Shown here: positions 9,202 to 19,130 of the stretch, in pieces
How positions within the stretch are numbered: position 1 is the first letter of the stretch
Layout of the letters: each line of letters starts with the position of its first letter
DNA from: an uncultured Gammaproteobacteria bacterium
Lineage (GTDB): Bacteria; Patescibacteriota; Microgenomatia; UBA8517
Length of the DNA: 64,000 bases
Assembly (NCBI GenBank): GCA_964599625.1
Contig: CAZRGC010000005.1
Coordinates: forward strand, 99,886-163,885
Direction: 5' to 3'
Program-made: the position numbers and the translations under genes
The notes under the pieces: model-generated
The model's database searches: none
The model's input: the letters and a program-made list of their open reading frames with translations, nothing else
What the model was told of the DNA's origin: nothing

Positions 9202-10191
9202 CTATTTTCTTTTCATATCCCAGACTTCTTTGTTGACTATGTTTACCGGGGTCTTGCCATCAAAAAGGTCAATTATTGCAGAAACTGCCATCTCACCCAT
9301 TGCATTTCTAGCCTCCCAAGTTGCACTGGCTATGTGCGGGGTGGTTATGACATTGGGAGCATTTATTAGTTCTGGGGCAATATTTGGTTCGTTATCAAAA
9401 ACGTCCAATGCGGCACCCGAAAGTTGAGCAGTCCTAAGCGCCTCGACCAAGTCCCTTTCGTCTACAACCGGACCTCTGGCTGTGTTTACCAAAAACGAAC
9501 CACGTTTCATTTTTGCAAAAGCATCCTTGTTAATCATATGTCTTGTCTCGTCAGTTAGGGGTACATGCAACGTAACAAAATCACTTTGTGACAAAAGTTC
9601 ATCCATTGAAACAAACTTCACCCCTAGCTCTTTCTCTGCATCCACATCCCTTTCCCTTTTTGTATACAACATGTTCATTTTGTAACCGCTGGCACGCCTT
9701 GCAACCATGGATCCAATTCTTCCAAGGCCAACTATTCCCAAAGTTTTGCCAATAACATTTGTTCCCAAAAATATGTCAGGTTCCCAACCTTTATAAGCGC
9801 CTTGCCTAGTCGCTTCATCTGCTTCTATTACTCTTCTGGCCAGTGCTAAAATCAAGGCCCACGTGTGTTCTGCAACAGATTCATTAACTTCATCGCTGGG
9901 TGTATTTGTAACAACAATTCCCCTATCAGTTAGGGCTTTTACATCAACATTATCAAAACCTACAGCATAATTTGAAACAATTTTTAACTGAGGCCCGCAT
10001 GCATCTACTAAGTCGCCGTCAATTCTGTCTGTAAGCAGTGAAAGAATAGCATCACAGCCCCTTACTCTTTCTACCAGTTCGACGCCGGTTAAAGGCCGAT
10101 TGAACTCAGAGACGGCAACCTCATGGCCGCCTTCTTTGAGTTTGTCCAAGTGATCGCCCGGTATTTTTCTGGTAACAAATATCTTTGCCAT
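9202..10191 (-). CDS. D-isomer-specific 2-hydroxyacid dehydrogenase (glycerate dehydrogenase / hydroxypyruvate reductase-like)
   Basis: NAD-binding GxGxxG (LGIVGLGRIGSMVA). Catalytic region with conserved R, E, H (TTPHIASAT). 329 aa, typical for the family. Confidence 0.75.
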   Translation of the reverse strand: MAKIFVTRKIPGDHLDKLKEGGHEVAVSEFNRPLTGVELVERVRGCDAILSLLTDRIDGDLVDACGPQLKIVSNYAVGFDNVDVKALTDRGIVVTNTPSDEVNESVAEHTWALILALARRVIEADEATRQGAYKGWEPDIFLGTNVIGKTLGIVGLGRIGSMVARRASGYKMNMLYTKRERDVDAEKELGVKFVSMDELLSQSDFVTLHVPLTDETRHMINKDAFAKMKRGSFLVNTARGPVVDERDLVEALRTAQLSGAALDVFDNEPNIAPELINAPNVITTPHIASATWEARNAMGEMAVSAIIDLFDGKTPVNIVNKEVWDMKRK

Positions 10192-10194
10192 TGT

Positions 10195-11193
10195 CTAAAA
10201 AGTTTGCATGGTAACCCCGCTGCTTTTTGATCTTTCAATCCATTCCGGAATCTCATCCAGTTTTAAAAGTCCTTTTTGCGGACCCGTGTATCCGATCACA
10301 GATGCCGAATTGACCGTACCCCACAAAAGCGCTTCTTCCAATGTCTTGCCATGAATTAATGCAGACAATGAACCCGACCCAAAAGCGTCCCCTGCCCCTG
10401 TTCTTTCATAAGCATCAACAGGTAAAATTCCAAGTTTCAAGAATTTACCGTTTATGCTGTCATATGCAATCGCACCGTTTCCACCATCGGTAACAACGCA
10501 AATTTTTGGACCAAGTTTATTGAGGGCTATTAAAAGTTCCCTATCCTTTCCGTTGGAAGAACCAAACGACGTGATCTTTTCTGCCTCGTCTCGATTTAAA
10601 TAGACTATGTAAGTTATTTTTAAAATATTTTGCATTACCTCTAACCCTCCCCTTATCTGCCAACTGCCAGGGTTGTAGGCCAATTTTATACTTGGATTTT
10701 TCATAAGCCAGTCTGCCATGTGGTTGTAAAAAGGTCTGAAACTTTCACCCATTGAAGTAAGATAAACCCAGGGAGCAACTGGAAGCTGGACCGGAAACTC
10801 ATAAGAACGGGGTGAGTGGAAAACGAATATAGTTCTCTCACCCGAATAGTTAACCACTGTAGAATAATTTGAACCTGTCCCGGGTTGTTGGATTACATAT
10901 GTAAGATCAACCCCCTCGCTTCTTAGTTTATCTACAATCATATTCCCAACGTTGTCGTCACCCAACGTAAGCACGATACCGGTGTTAACACCAAGTCGTT
11001 TTGCCCCAACAGAATTGTTTGCAGCATTGCCGCCAACTGTAAATTCCAGATTTTTAACAGGTATTTTGTCACCGTAGTTAAAGGCTATCAAACATTCCTT
11101 TTTGTCTATAGAACAAAGAGTCTCACTTTCAAGGGGTGTCATGAAAGTGTCAATTGAGGCGTCACCAATGGAAAGTAGATCAAAGTTCACCAT
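10195..11193 (-). CDS. PfkB-family carbohydrate kinase (ribokinase/phosphofructokinase-B-like)
   Basis: N-terminal LLSIGDASIDTF and C-terminal TGAGDAFGSG (PfkB signature 2). Overlaps the start of the aldolase gene. Confidence 0.7.
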   Translation of the reverse strand: MVNFDLLSIGDASIDTFMTPLESETLCSIDKKECLIAFNYGDKIPVKNLEFTVGGNAANNSVGAKRLGVNTGIVLTLGDDNVGNMIVDKLRSEGVDLTYVIQQPGTGSNYSTVVNYSGERTIFVFHSPRSYEFPVQLPVAPWVYLTSMGESFRPFYNHMADWLMKNPSIKLAYNPGSWQIRGGLEVMQNILKITYIVYLNRDEAEKITSFGSSNGKDRELLIALNKLGPKICVVTDGGNGAIAYDSINGKFLKLGILPVDAYERTGAGDAFGSGSLSALIHGKTLEEALLWGTVNSASVIGYTGPQKGLLKLDEIPEWIERSKSSGVTMQTF

Positions 11194-12169
11194 TTCTTGC
11201 TTTCTGCGCTTTTTTCAGCGTTTCTACAAAAACATCCTGAGCTTTTGAAATATTTTCATCTTTCCCTGCCCAGGTAATTCTTGCATCTTCTTCCAATGCA
11301 CGAAGGTACGAGTATGTAAGCTGCCACGGAGCATCCCCCTTAAGATCTTCAATCTTGTCAAGATTATTCATAGCCTCTTCAGAGCTCTGGCCGCCGGATA
11401 AAAACACAATCCCGGGCACTTCCGAAGGAACCGATTCTTTTAAAACTCTCAAAGTTGCATTGGCAACCTCCAAGGGCGCAGCTTTAACACCACTGGCTTC
11501 TCCCGGAAGCACCATGTTGGTTTTCAGAACTACTTTTGTGATGTCTACGTTTTTCTCTTTCAGTTTTTTGAAAAAAGTTTTAAGGATTTCTCTTGTTATT
11601 TCTTCGCATCTTGTTGTTGTGTGATTGCCGCTCATGAGAACTTCTGGCTCGGGGACTGGAACCATATTTGCCTTAATTGATATCTCGCAAAACTCCACCA
11701 TTCTATTTAGGTTCTCTTCCAAGAAAGATGACGAAGGGTGAATATCTGTAATATCAAAAATTCCCCTCCATTTAGCAAAACGCAAACCCATATCGTGGTA
11801 TTCTTTTAGTCGCCCCGAAAGGCCTTCGGCTCTAACAGTAACCCGCTCACCGCTTTGACCAAAGTCTTCCAACCCTTGGTCTGCTTTTACTCCGGGGACT
11901 ATACCCCTATCCGAAAGTCTATCTACAAACAAAAATCCGTCATCGGTTTTTTGATGTACTGTTTCGTCAAAAAGAATTACGCCACTTATGTAGTTTTCGA
12001 TTCCCGGGGCTGTCAAAAATATTTGCCTATACTTGCGGTTAATCTCCGGGGTTGATTCGATACCCATTGAAGCAAGTTTCTTGGTGATTGTCGAAGTACT
12101 CTCATCACTTGCTAAAATCCCCTTCCCTTTAACCAAAAGTTTTTTAATTATGTCATCCATGGCAGGCAC
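11180..12169 (-). CDS. fba: Fructose-bisphosphate aldolase, class I
   Basis: KGKGILASDESTSTITKKL matches the class I FBA N-terminal signature (GILAADES). 329 aa. Confidence 0.8.
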   Translation of the reverse strand: MPAMDDIIKKLLVKGKGILASDESTSTITKKLASMGIESTPEINRKYRQIFLTAPGIENYISGVILFDETVHQKTDDGFLFVDRLSDRGIVPGVKADQGLEDFGQSGERVTVRAEGLSGRLKEYHDMGLRFAKWRGIFDITDIHPSSSFLEENLNRMVEFCEISIKANMVPVPEPEVLMSGNHTTTRCEEITREILKTFFKKLKEKNVDITKVVLKTNMVLPGEASGVKAAPLEVANATLRVLKESVPSEVPGIVFLSGGQSSEEAMNNLDKIEDLKGDAPWQLTYSYLRALEEDARITWAGKDENISKAQDVFVETLKKAQKARNGEL

Positions 12170-12196
12170 GTATCAAATTAGTGTACAATATTTTTC

Positions 12197-12919
12197 ATGG
12201 ACCAAAAAGCACCAGAAAACAAAGATTTGAACGATTCAGAAATCACCCAAAATATGCAAACAAACACCAAGAATAACTCGTCATTAATGCTTGGAAGCAT
12301 TGCCGTTTTTATACTTTTTTGCCTTGGGACTGTTGTTTTTTTGTATAACCAAAACAAGGAGCTGAAAAAGATATTAGCAGAATACCAAAAACCAACCCCG
12401 CCCCCTATCGCAGTCGTAGTACCAACCCCAGATCCGTCACTTGAAGTAATAATCTCTACTCCGGCAAAAAATGCTGTTGTTTCAAGTCCTCTAACCGTTA
12501 AAGGAACCGTTCCAGCGGGTTGGATGTTTGAGGGAGTAATAGGAGTAAAATTGGTAGACACAACAGGTAAACTCATTAAAGAAGCCCAGGGAAAAGAAGT
12601 AAATCCTGGAAGTTGGCTTAGCGGAAACCCTGTCGAATTTACTTCAACACTGACTTTCAAAACAACTGCAACTTCGGGAAATATTTTGATAGAAAGTGAC
12701 AACGCCAGCGGAGACCGGCAAACGGTTAAGTATTTTAATCTGCCGGTTACATTTGGCACCGCTTCAGCCTCTGCAACACCATCGCCCTATGCTTGTCCTC
12801 AAAGCGGTTATGTAGATTGTATGCCTGGTCCCAACGAAGGTGTAAGATACGAATGCACCGCAGAAGCAATGAACTGGTACAAAGCAAACTGTCCCGGCTT
12901 TAAAGGTGGGGCGTACTAA
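12197..12919 (+). CDS. Hypothetical membrane-anchored extracellular protein with Ig-like (Gmad2-type) domain and Cys-rich C-terminus
   Basis: N-terminal TM (LMLGSIAVFILFCLGTVVFL), Pro/Thr linker, beta-rich middle, C-terminal CPQSGYVDC...ECTAEAMNWYKANCPG. The antisense ORF 12178..12759 looks like junk by comparison. Confidence 0.4.
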   Translation: MDQKAPENKDLNDSEITQNMQTNTKNNSSLMLGSIAVFILFCLGTVVFLYNQNKELKKILAEYQKPTPPPIAVVVPTPDPSLEVIISTPAKNAVVSSPLTVKGTVPAGWMFEGVIGVKLVDTTGKLIKEAQGKEVNPGSWLSGNPVEFTSTLTFKTTATSGNILIESDNASGDRQTVKYFNLPVTFGTASASATPSPYACPQSGYVDCMPGPNEGVRYECTAEAMNWYKANCPGFKGGAY

Positions 12920-13911
12920 ATATTTTTTCTTTTTATAACTTTTCCAACGGCCTCAGCTATATCTTTTGACTTCATTTTGTATTTTTCCAACAATTCATCT
13001 GGATTGCCCGACTCTCCAAACGAATCGTTCATACCAATAAATTCAATTGGTATCGGAAAATTTTTAGCTAAAACTTCAGAAACCGCTCCACCCATACCCC
13101 CCGTTATCTGGTGCTCTTCAACAGTTACCACCGCTCCCGTCTTTTTTGCCTCGGATATAATGGCAACGGAGTCGATAGGTTTTATTGTGGCAAGATTCAA
13201 TACATCAACTTCTATTCCGCTATCTTTTAGGTCTTTAGCAGCTCTAAGAGCTTCAAAAACCAAAGGTCCCGAGGCAATAATCACTGCTTCGGAGTTTTTG
13301 CCCTGCCAAAAAATTTGCGCCTTTCCTATCTCAAAAGGAGTCTTGATAGTTGTAACAACAGGAGTCTTCTCCCTTGCAAGTCTTATATATGTGGGTTTAC
13401 CATTTTTCGCGGCAGCTAATGTGGCTTTTTTTGCCTCGATACTATCACACGGATAAACAACCACCATGTTGGGCATGACTCTCATTAGCGCAACGTCTTC
13501 AAGCATTTGATGGGTCGCCCCGTCGGGGCCAACCGTCAACCCGGCATGAGCACCTGCAATCTTTACAGGCACGTCATTCAGGGCAATTGTTGTTCTTATC
13601 TGTTCCCAGTTACGACCCGGTGAAAAGGCGGCATAACTAGCCACAAAAGGTATTTTTCCATAATTGGCCATACCCGAAGCAACAGTCACCATCCCTTGTT
13701 CGGCAACGCCAACTTCGATAAACCTATCGGGGAATTTTTCTTTGAAAAGTATAGACTTTGTTGACTCAGTCAGATCCGCACAAAGAACAACAACATTTTC
13801 ATCCTCCTCACCCGCTGCAACCAAACCCTCACCATATCCCTGTCGTGTGGGAACCATATCTACATCTTTAGAAAATAACTTTTCTGATAAGTATAAATTT
13901 TTGTTTATCAT
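12916..13911 (-). CDS. Transketolase, C-terminal (pyrimidine-binding) subunit
   Basis: GYGEGLVAAGEEDENVVVLCADL and THQMLEDVALMRVMPNM are typical of the Pyr-binding and C-terminal domains of split transketolase. Confidence 0.8.
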   Translation of the reverse strand: MINKNLYLSEKLFSKDVDMVPTRQGYGEGLVAAGEEDENVVVLCADLTESTKSILFKEKFPDRFIEVGVAEQGMVTVASGMANYGKIPFVASYAAFSPGRNWEQIRTTIALNDVPVKIAGAHAGLTVGPDGATHQMLEDVALMRVMPNMVVVYPCDSIEAKKATLAAAKNGKPTYIRLAREKTPVVTTIKTPFEIGKAQIFWQGKNSEAVIIASGPLVFEALRAAKDLKDSGIEVDVLNLATIKPIDSVAIISEAKKTGAVVTVEEHQITGGMGGAVSEVLAKNFPIPIEFIGMNDSFGESGNPDELLEKYKMKSKDIAEAVGKVIKRKNI

Positions 13912-13913
13912 TG

Positions 13914-14363
13914 TTAGTTTTTGTCGTCCGAATCTTTGGCAGGAATTATTACAACGGCTGCATAACTCGCATCATTTGACAATATAAAGGCGTATGCGTC
14001 TTTGTTATATTTCCTATCTTGTCTGTCTTTTATCATTCCCAATTGTTTCAAAGTTATTCTCCAGTCGGTGGACACAAGCCTTTCCCTTACTCCATTAATC
14101 ACAGCCTCCAGCTTGTCAAAAGCATCGGCTTCATCGGCGTTTACCGCAAAATAGTTTGTTTTTTCCAGAGTTTTATAAAGCTCGTCTCGCGCTTCCTGTG
14201 GACTCTTTGTAGTGTTTTTTAAGACACTGTCGTAGTAGTTAACCGCAGAAATCATATCTGTCAGATTTTTTAACTCTGCCCTGTCCGGCCTTGTCGAGCG
14301 GTCTGCACCCAAAGCCATCTTGGCAGCGGTACTATTCAAATCGTCTTTTGAAATCTCACTCAT
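13914..14363 (-). CDS. Hypothetical protein inserted between the two transketolase subunit genes
   Basis: 149-aa hydrophilic ORF with no recognised motif. Start overlaps the tkt N-subunit stop by 8 nt; ends 3 nt from the tkt C-subunit start. Confidence 0.4.
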   Translation of the reverse strand: MSEISKDDLNSTAAKMALGADRSTRPDRAELKNLTDMISAVNYYDSVLKNTTKSPQEARDELYKTLEKTNYFAVNADEADAFDKLEAVINGVRERLVSTDWRITLKQLGMIKDRQDRKYNKDAYAFILSNDASYAAVVIIPAKDSDDKN

Positions 14364-15207
14364 GTTCTGATTTTATTTTTCCTCCCAACGTCCTTAACTC
14401 ATGCAGTGCTTTTTTTGCCTCTTCACTGTTGGGCGGCTTTCCGTGCCATTCAAACTTATTTTCCATAAAATCCACACCTTTGCCGGGAATTGTGTGCGCA
14501 ATTATTACAGTTGGACTTTCAAATACAGCTCTTGAGTGGTCCACGGCGTCAATTATTTCCTGCATATTGTGGCCGTTTATATGAAGAACATGCCAATTAA
14601 ATGCTTTGTATTTCTCCTCAATCGGATCTAGTGGCATTACGTCCTCAGTGTGTCCGTCGATTTGAATATTGTTGCGATCAATAAAAACGGTCAAATTTGA
14701 AAGTCTGTATTTGGCGGCAAACATTACACCTTCCCAGTGGTTGCCTTCTTCCTGTTCCCCGTCGGAACACAAACAAAAAACCCTGAAGCTTTTTCCATCC
14801 ATCCTCGAAGCATAAGCGTACCCAGCTGCTTGGGCCAAACCCGAACCCAAAGGACCCGATGTTGATTCCATTCCCGGCATTTTTTTTCTCTCCGGATGTC
14901 CCTGAAGTCTTGACCCCATCTTTCTCAACGTCATCAACTCGTGTTTGGGAAAATACCCTGCTTCTGCCATAACTGCATATCTCACAGGGACAATATGGCC
15001 ATTAGAAAGAATAAGTCTGTCGCGATCCTCCCACTCGGGATTTTTAGGATCGTGATTCATTATGTTGAAGTACAACGCTGTAAAAATGTCAGCCATTCCC
15101 AAAGGTCCTGCCGAATGTCCACTCCCAGCTTCAAGAAGTTCTTTAATTACATCTTCTCTCACAACGGTCGCCTTCTCTTCAAGCTCTTTTATGGACAGTT
15201 TTTGCAT
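14356..15207 (-). CDS. Transketolase, N-terminal (thiamine-diphosphate-binding) subunit
   Basis: GSGHSAGPLGMADIF (TPP-binding GHxxxxxG) and GDG...EG...E motif (CSDGEQEEGNHWE). Confidence 0.8.
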   Translation of the reverse strand: MQKLSIKELEEKATVVREDVIKELLEAGSGHSAGPLGMADIFTALYFNIMNHDPKNPEWEDRDRLILSNGHIVPVRYAVMAEAGYFPKHELMTLRKMGSRLQGHPERKKMPGMESTSGPLGSGLAQAAGYAYASRMDGKSFRVFCLCSDGEQEEGNHWEGVMFAAKYRLSNLTVFIDRNNIQIDGHTEDVMPLDPIEEKYKAFNWHVLHINGHNMQEIIDAVDHSRAVFESPTVIIAHTIPGKGVDFMENKFEWHGKPPNSEEAKKALHELRTLGGKIKSEHE

Positions 15208-15208
15208 T

Positions 15209-15841
15209 TTATTTTGCCCTCGCTTCGAACGGGCTTTCTTCCTTGTTGGGCTTTACACTATGTCTCAATGCCCCCTCAAATATTTGAAGTGCCCGATAAG
15301 CTTCTTCAGGGGAATTAACGACTCTGTAAACTTCCAACTCCTCGGGTCTTATTCTCATATTTTCACTAAACGACCTGATTATGTTGTTCCAAAATTGCCC
15401 GTACAAAATCAATGGCTTATGGTGGCCAAAATATAATCTAGCAAGTCCCCACGCCATCCCAAATTCAGAAATTGTACCAGTACCCCCCCTAAAAATAACG
15501 AAGGCGTCTCCCATTTCCAAAAGCTTGAGTGTTCTTTCCAGATAATTTTTAGTTTTAATCTCAATATCAAATGGATTGTTTTTATCACGCCCTTCGTAGT
15601 TGGTAATATCCTTTGGGTAGAATGTAACACCAACAGCAGTACCATTTGCGTCTTTGGCACCTTCAGAAACAGCACGCATTGTACCGGGTCCTCCACCATT
15701 GATTGCAACATATCCTTTTGAGGTAAGATATTTCGCACATTCGTAAGCTTCTTTAAAAAGTGGATCTCCGGGCTTCGCGTCTGCAAAACCAAGATAAGAT
15801 ATTTGCCTTATTTTTTTATCCAATAAATTTTTATCTTTCAT
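15209..15841 (-). CDS. LOG-family (TIGR00730) Rossmann-fold nucleotide-binding protein
   Basis: VAINGGGPGTMRAVSEGA and PGGTGT-like (FRGGTGTISEF) motifs of the LOG / lysine-decarboxylase-like family. Confidence 0.75.
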   Translation of the reverse strand: MKDKNLLDKKIRQISYLGFADAKPGDPLFKEAYECAKYLTSKGYVAINGGGPGTMRAVSEGAKDANGTAVGVTFYPKDITNYEGRDKNNPFDIEIKTKNYLERTLKLLEMGDAFVIFRGGTGTISEFGMAWGLARLYFGHHKPLILYGQFWNNIIRSFSENMRIRPEELEVYRVVNSPEEAYRALQIFEGALRHSVKPNKEESPFEARAK

Positions 15842-16515
15842 ACCAAGTCATGTGCAGCAGCCTGCAATTTTTTAATATTATCATGAATGTTCCCCACAAA
15901 TAACCTGCGACCGATTACTATCTCGTCCGCTCCTGCAAAATGTGTCTCATCAACCGTATCTTCGGTTTCCCCACCGTCAACGCATATCTTAAAAGGTGTT
16001 GCATCTCGCGATCTCAAGTCATCAAGTTCTTTTATCTTTTCCAACACTTCATAATTGAATTTTTGGCCTCCCCAACCTGCTTTAACTGCCATCAAAAGCA
16101 CCACATCAAGGTTAGTAAGAATCAACGGATCCAGTGCTGACACCGGTGTATCCAGATCAATGGCAAGCCCCACATAAAGACCTGTCTCCTGGACTTTTTT
16201 CAAGAATTCCAACTGTGAATTCATCATTTCAATTTGACCAATTATTCTGTCTGCACCTGCGTTTGCCGACTTTTCTACCCAATTAACAGGTTCTTTTACC
16301 ATCAAATGGAAATCCAAACTCATTTCAGTCTCCACACCATCAAAAACAAGCGGATCAACTGTAATATTATCCGCGAATACTCCGTCAATTATGTCTATCT
16401 GGACACGGGAAATAGGCGTTTCGTTTATTCTCACAGACTCATCAACTTCACCAAGCATTGATTTCAGCTCGCTTGCATTATTTGTAAGTATTGCAGGGAT
16501 AATATCGACAGACAT
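15838..16515 (-). CDS. rpe: Ribulose-phosphate 3-epimerase
   Basis: IDIIDGVFADNIT and DFHLMVKEP correspond to the RPE metal-binding motifs (DxMDGxFVPN, HLMV). C-terminal VDGG. Confidence 0.65.
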   Translation of the reverse strand: MSVDIIPAILTNNASELKSMLGEVDESVRINETPISRVQIDIIDGVFADNITVDPLVFDGVETEMSLDFHLMVKEPVNWVEKSANAGADRIIGQIEMMNSQLEFLKKVQETGLYVGLAIDLDTPVSALDPLILTNLDVVLLMAVKAGWGGQKFNYEVLEKIKELDDLRSRDATPFKICVDGGETEDTVDETHFAGADEIVIGRRLFVGNIHDNIKKLQAAAHDLV

Positions 16516-16802
16516 TAAAATATGGTAAAAGGCATAGAGCCTTGTGACACAGGAATCTCTACCCCAAAAATTGCAAGTAATATGTGTATTAAGGCATAAA
16601 AAACAAATGTCGTAATTAAAATTGGAATACCGGACATAAGCATCAGACTAATCTTAAGTAGTTTAGAAGTTTTCTTTTTTTTGATATTCAAAAGGTAAAT
16701 TATGAACAAGGTGACACCTGCCGGAGTTCCAAAAATTGTCAAGACAAAACCAAGCATGGCGCTTATCATTAAAAAAAAGGTGAAATACGTATATAGAATC
16801 AT
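16515..16802 (-). CDS. Hypothetical small membrane protein (3 predicted TM helices)
   Basis: 95 aa, almost entirely hydrophobic. Immediately downstream of gap. Confidence 0.35.
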   Translation of the reverse strand: MILYTYFTFFLMISAMLGFVLTIFGTPAGVTLFIIYLLNIKKKKTSKLLKISLMLMSGIPILITTFVFYALIHILLAIFGVEIPVSQGSMPFTIF

Positions 16803-16804
16803 CT

Positions 16805-17931
16805 TTAGGACTGCTTAAAACTGAGGGTCAAAGGGTCGGTGGGAGCAAAACCACCCTCTAAGGATCTTCCAACTCTTACCACCTGTTCTACTAGTCTATT
16901 GGCATATCCCCATTCGTTGTCGTACCATGCAAAAACTTTCACCAAATTTCCCGCAACCACTTGCGTTAATGGCAAGTCGACTATTGCAGATTCGCTTCTA
17001 CCAATTATATCCGATGAAACTAAAAATCCATCAGAAACAGCAAGTATTCCCTTATATAGGGGATTTTCTGAAGCATCTTTGAAAGCTTGATTCACCTGTT
17101 CTTTTGTGACATTTTGTTTCAGAAGCAAAGTAAAATCGACAATAGAACCGGTAATCGTTGGAACTCTCAGACTCATGCCGTCAAACAGTCCTTTCAACTC
17201 CGGTATTGTTTCGGTAACCGCAATAGCAGCCCCCGTAGTTGTTGGAACCATGTTAACAGCAGCTGCCCTACTCCTCCTTAAATCTTTATGACTACTGTCC
17301 TGAAGGTTCTGGTCATCGGTGTAGGAATGCACCGTTGTCATCGCAGCTTTTTCTATACCGAATTTGGAATGCAGTACAGCCGCAACAGGTGCAATGCAGT
17401 TGGTGGTACAACTGGCGTTGGAAATAATGCTTCCCTCTGGTGGTTTTCCGTCATACTCGTTTACACCCAAAACAAAAGTTCCCACATTTCCTCCCTTTGC
17501 GGGTGCTGATATCACTACTCTTTTTGCGCCTCCTAATGCATGCTTTTTGGCACCTTCCTCGTCTGTATAGTGGCCTGTTGATTCAATAACAACATCTACA
17601 CCGTATTTTCCCCATGGAATTTTTGCTGCGTCTTTTTGAGCAAGAACGGGCACTTTTGCAGCTTTTTCTGAAACCATCAAGTTTCCCATCAAAGGATCGT
17701 CGTCGCTCAATTGATCAACTGTCTTAAGATCCTCACTTTTAACTTCATATTCAAACTGTCTGTATGTCGTGTCGTAGTTTGTCAGATGTGCCCACCCGGA
17801 AACAGGCATGCTACCTGTAGTATTTATTGCACCAAACTGAATCTCGTCTGCATGCTTAGTAAGACCTATCCTAAATGCCAACCTCCCTATTCTTCCAAAT
17901 CCGTTAACTCCTACTTTTATTTTATTCATCA
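16805..17931 (-). CDS. gap: Glyceraldehyde-3-phosphate dehydrogenase
   Basis: KVGVNGFGRIGRLAFR NAD-binding motif and active-site SNASCTTNCIAP. Start moved to the internal MMNKIK. Confidence 0.85.
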
Positions 17932-17992
17932 TAATCCATTCTACTTCGCGTAGAACCATAAATTCAATCAGATATGCAAACTGTAACAATAT

Positions 17993-19108
17993 TTGATATA
18001 TATTAAAAATCTCATGGGCAGAAGATTCATCAAAATTTCTGGGTGGCAATCCTGGTCTCCGCCTAAAAACTCTTTTTTTAAATTACCATTTTTTCTTTAT
18101 CCACCTTTCAAGGTCAAATCCCGACTGTCAAAATATTCCAAGACAAAATTAAAAAAACCTGCATATGGCTGGTGCACTTGGTATCCATACGGAACAAATA
18201 TCAACTCGAAAAAAATTATAAAAAACCTAAATTGGATTTCAAACTACAAAAACATACCTCTTGAATACTTATTGATTGATGACGGATGGACGACATGGGG
18301 AGACTGGAAGAAACCCGACAAAATAAAATTTCCAGAAGGTCTTTTTGGGCTTTTTAACAAGATAAAATCAAAAAAAATAAAACCCGGGATTTGGATCGCC
18401 CCCTTTTTGGTGGACGAAAAATCCAAAATCTTAACCAAAAATCCGGACTGGATAATTAAACCTGACGGTAAACCTTTCAACCCGACTCAGTTACATTCCC
18501 TAGCCAGATTTACACCCATTAAAAAATGCCTGCTTGATCTTAAAAATCCAAAAGTAAAAAAATACGTTTATGAAAGCATTGACTACCTGTTAAAAAAACT
18601 CAAAGCCGATCTTCTTAAAATCGATTTTATTTACGCAGTTTACTTTGACAAACGGCTTTCAAAACCAGAGGCAGACAAAATTGTTTCCGATCTTTTGGAC
18701 TATATAAAGAAAAAATACCCCCAGGTGTACACAATTGCCTCGGGATGTCCGTTTGAAATTGCCGTTGATAAAATAGACTCCATTAGAACAGGCCCTGACA
18801 CATTAATAGATCCCTTTTTTGGATTTAAAGTTCCAGCATTTTTTAGAAATTTTTTTATTACGAACAAAGTAATACCTGCCATAAACTCGAGACTTTCTTT
18901 CAAGAACTTTTGGAACATAGATCCTGACGCGTTTGTATGTTCCAAAACTTTAAAGATCAAAGATGAGGTAGTCACGAAGCTGTCAAACGCAATAAAACAA
19001 TCAGGAGGTAACATATTTTTAGGTGATGATTTAACAAAACTAAAAGACACCGAAGTCAACAAATTTATACTCCCCCTTTTTGGACAACACCCCGAACCAA
19101 AGATATGA
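17993..19108 (+). CDS. Glycoside hydrolase, clan GH-D (GH27/GH36-like alpha-galactosidase catalytic domain)
   Basis: GWCTWY, LLIDDGW and a KxD nucleophile region (LLKIDFIY), characteristic of melibiase-type TIM-barrel glycosidases. Lacks the extra GH36 N-terminal domains. Start uncertain. Confidence 0.5.
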   Translation: MIYIKNLMGRRFIKISGWQSWSPPKNSFFKLPFFLYPPFKVKSRLSKYSKTKLKKPAYGWCTWYPYGTNINSKKIIKNLNWISNYKNIPLEYLLIDDGWTTWGDWKKPDKIKFPEGLFGLFNKIKSKKIKPGIWIAPFLVDEKSKILTKNPDWIIKPDGKPFNPTQLHSLARFTPIKKCLLDLKNPKVKKYVYESIDYLLKKLKADLLKIDFIYAVYFDKRLSKPEADKIVSDLLDYIKKKYPQVYTIASGCPFEIAVDKIDSIRTGPDTLIDPFFGFKVPAFFRNFFITNKVIPAINSRLSFKNFWNIDPDAFVCSKTLKIKDEVVTKLSNAIKQSGGNIFLGDDLTKLKDTEVNKFILPLFGQHPEPKI

Positions 19109-19130
19109 TAAATATAGACTGAGAAGACAG

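Noticed and set aside
12178-12759. 193-aa minus-strand ORF antisense to the Gmad2-like gene
   Set aside because: The plus-strand ORF has a credible TM anchor, linker and Cys-rich domain. The antisense translation has none of these.
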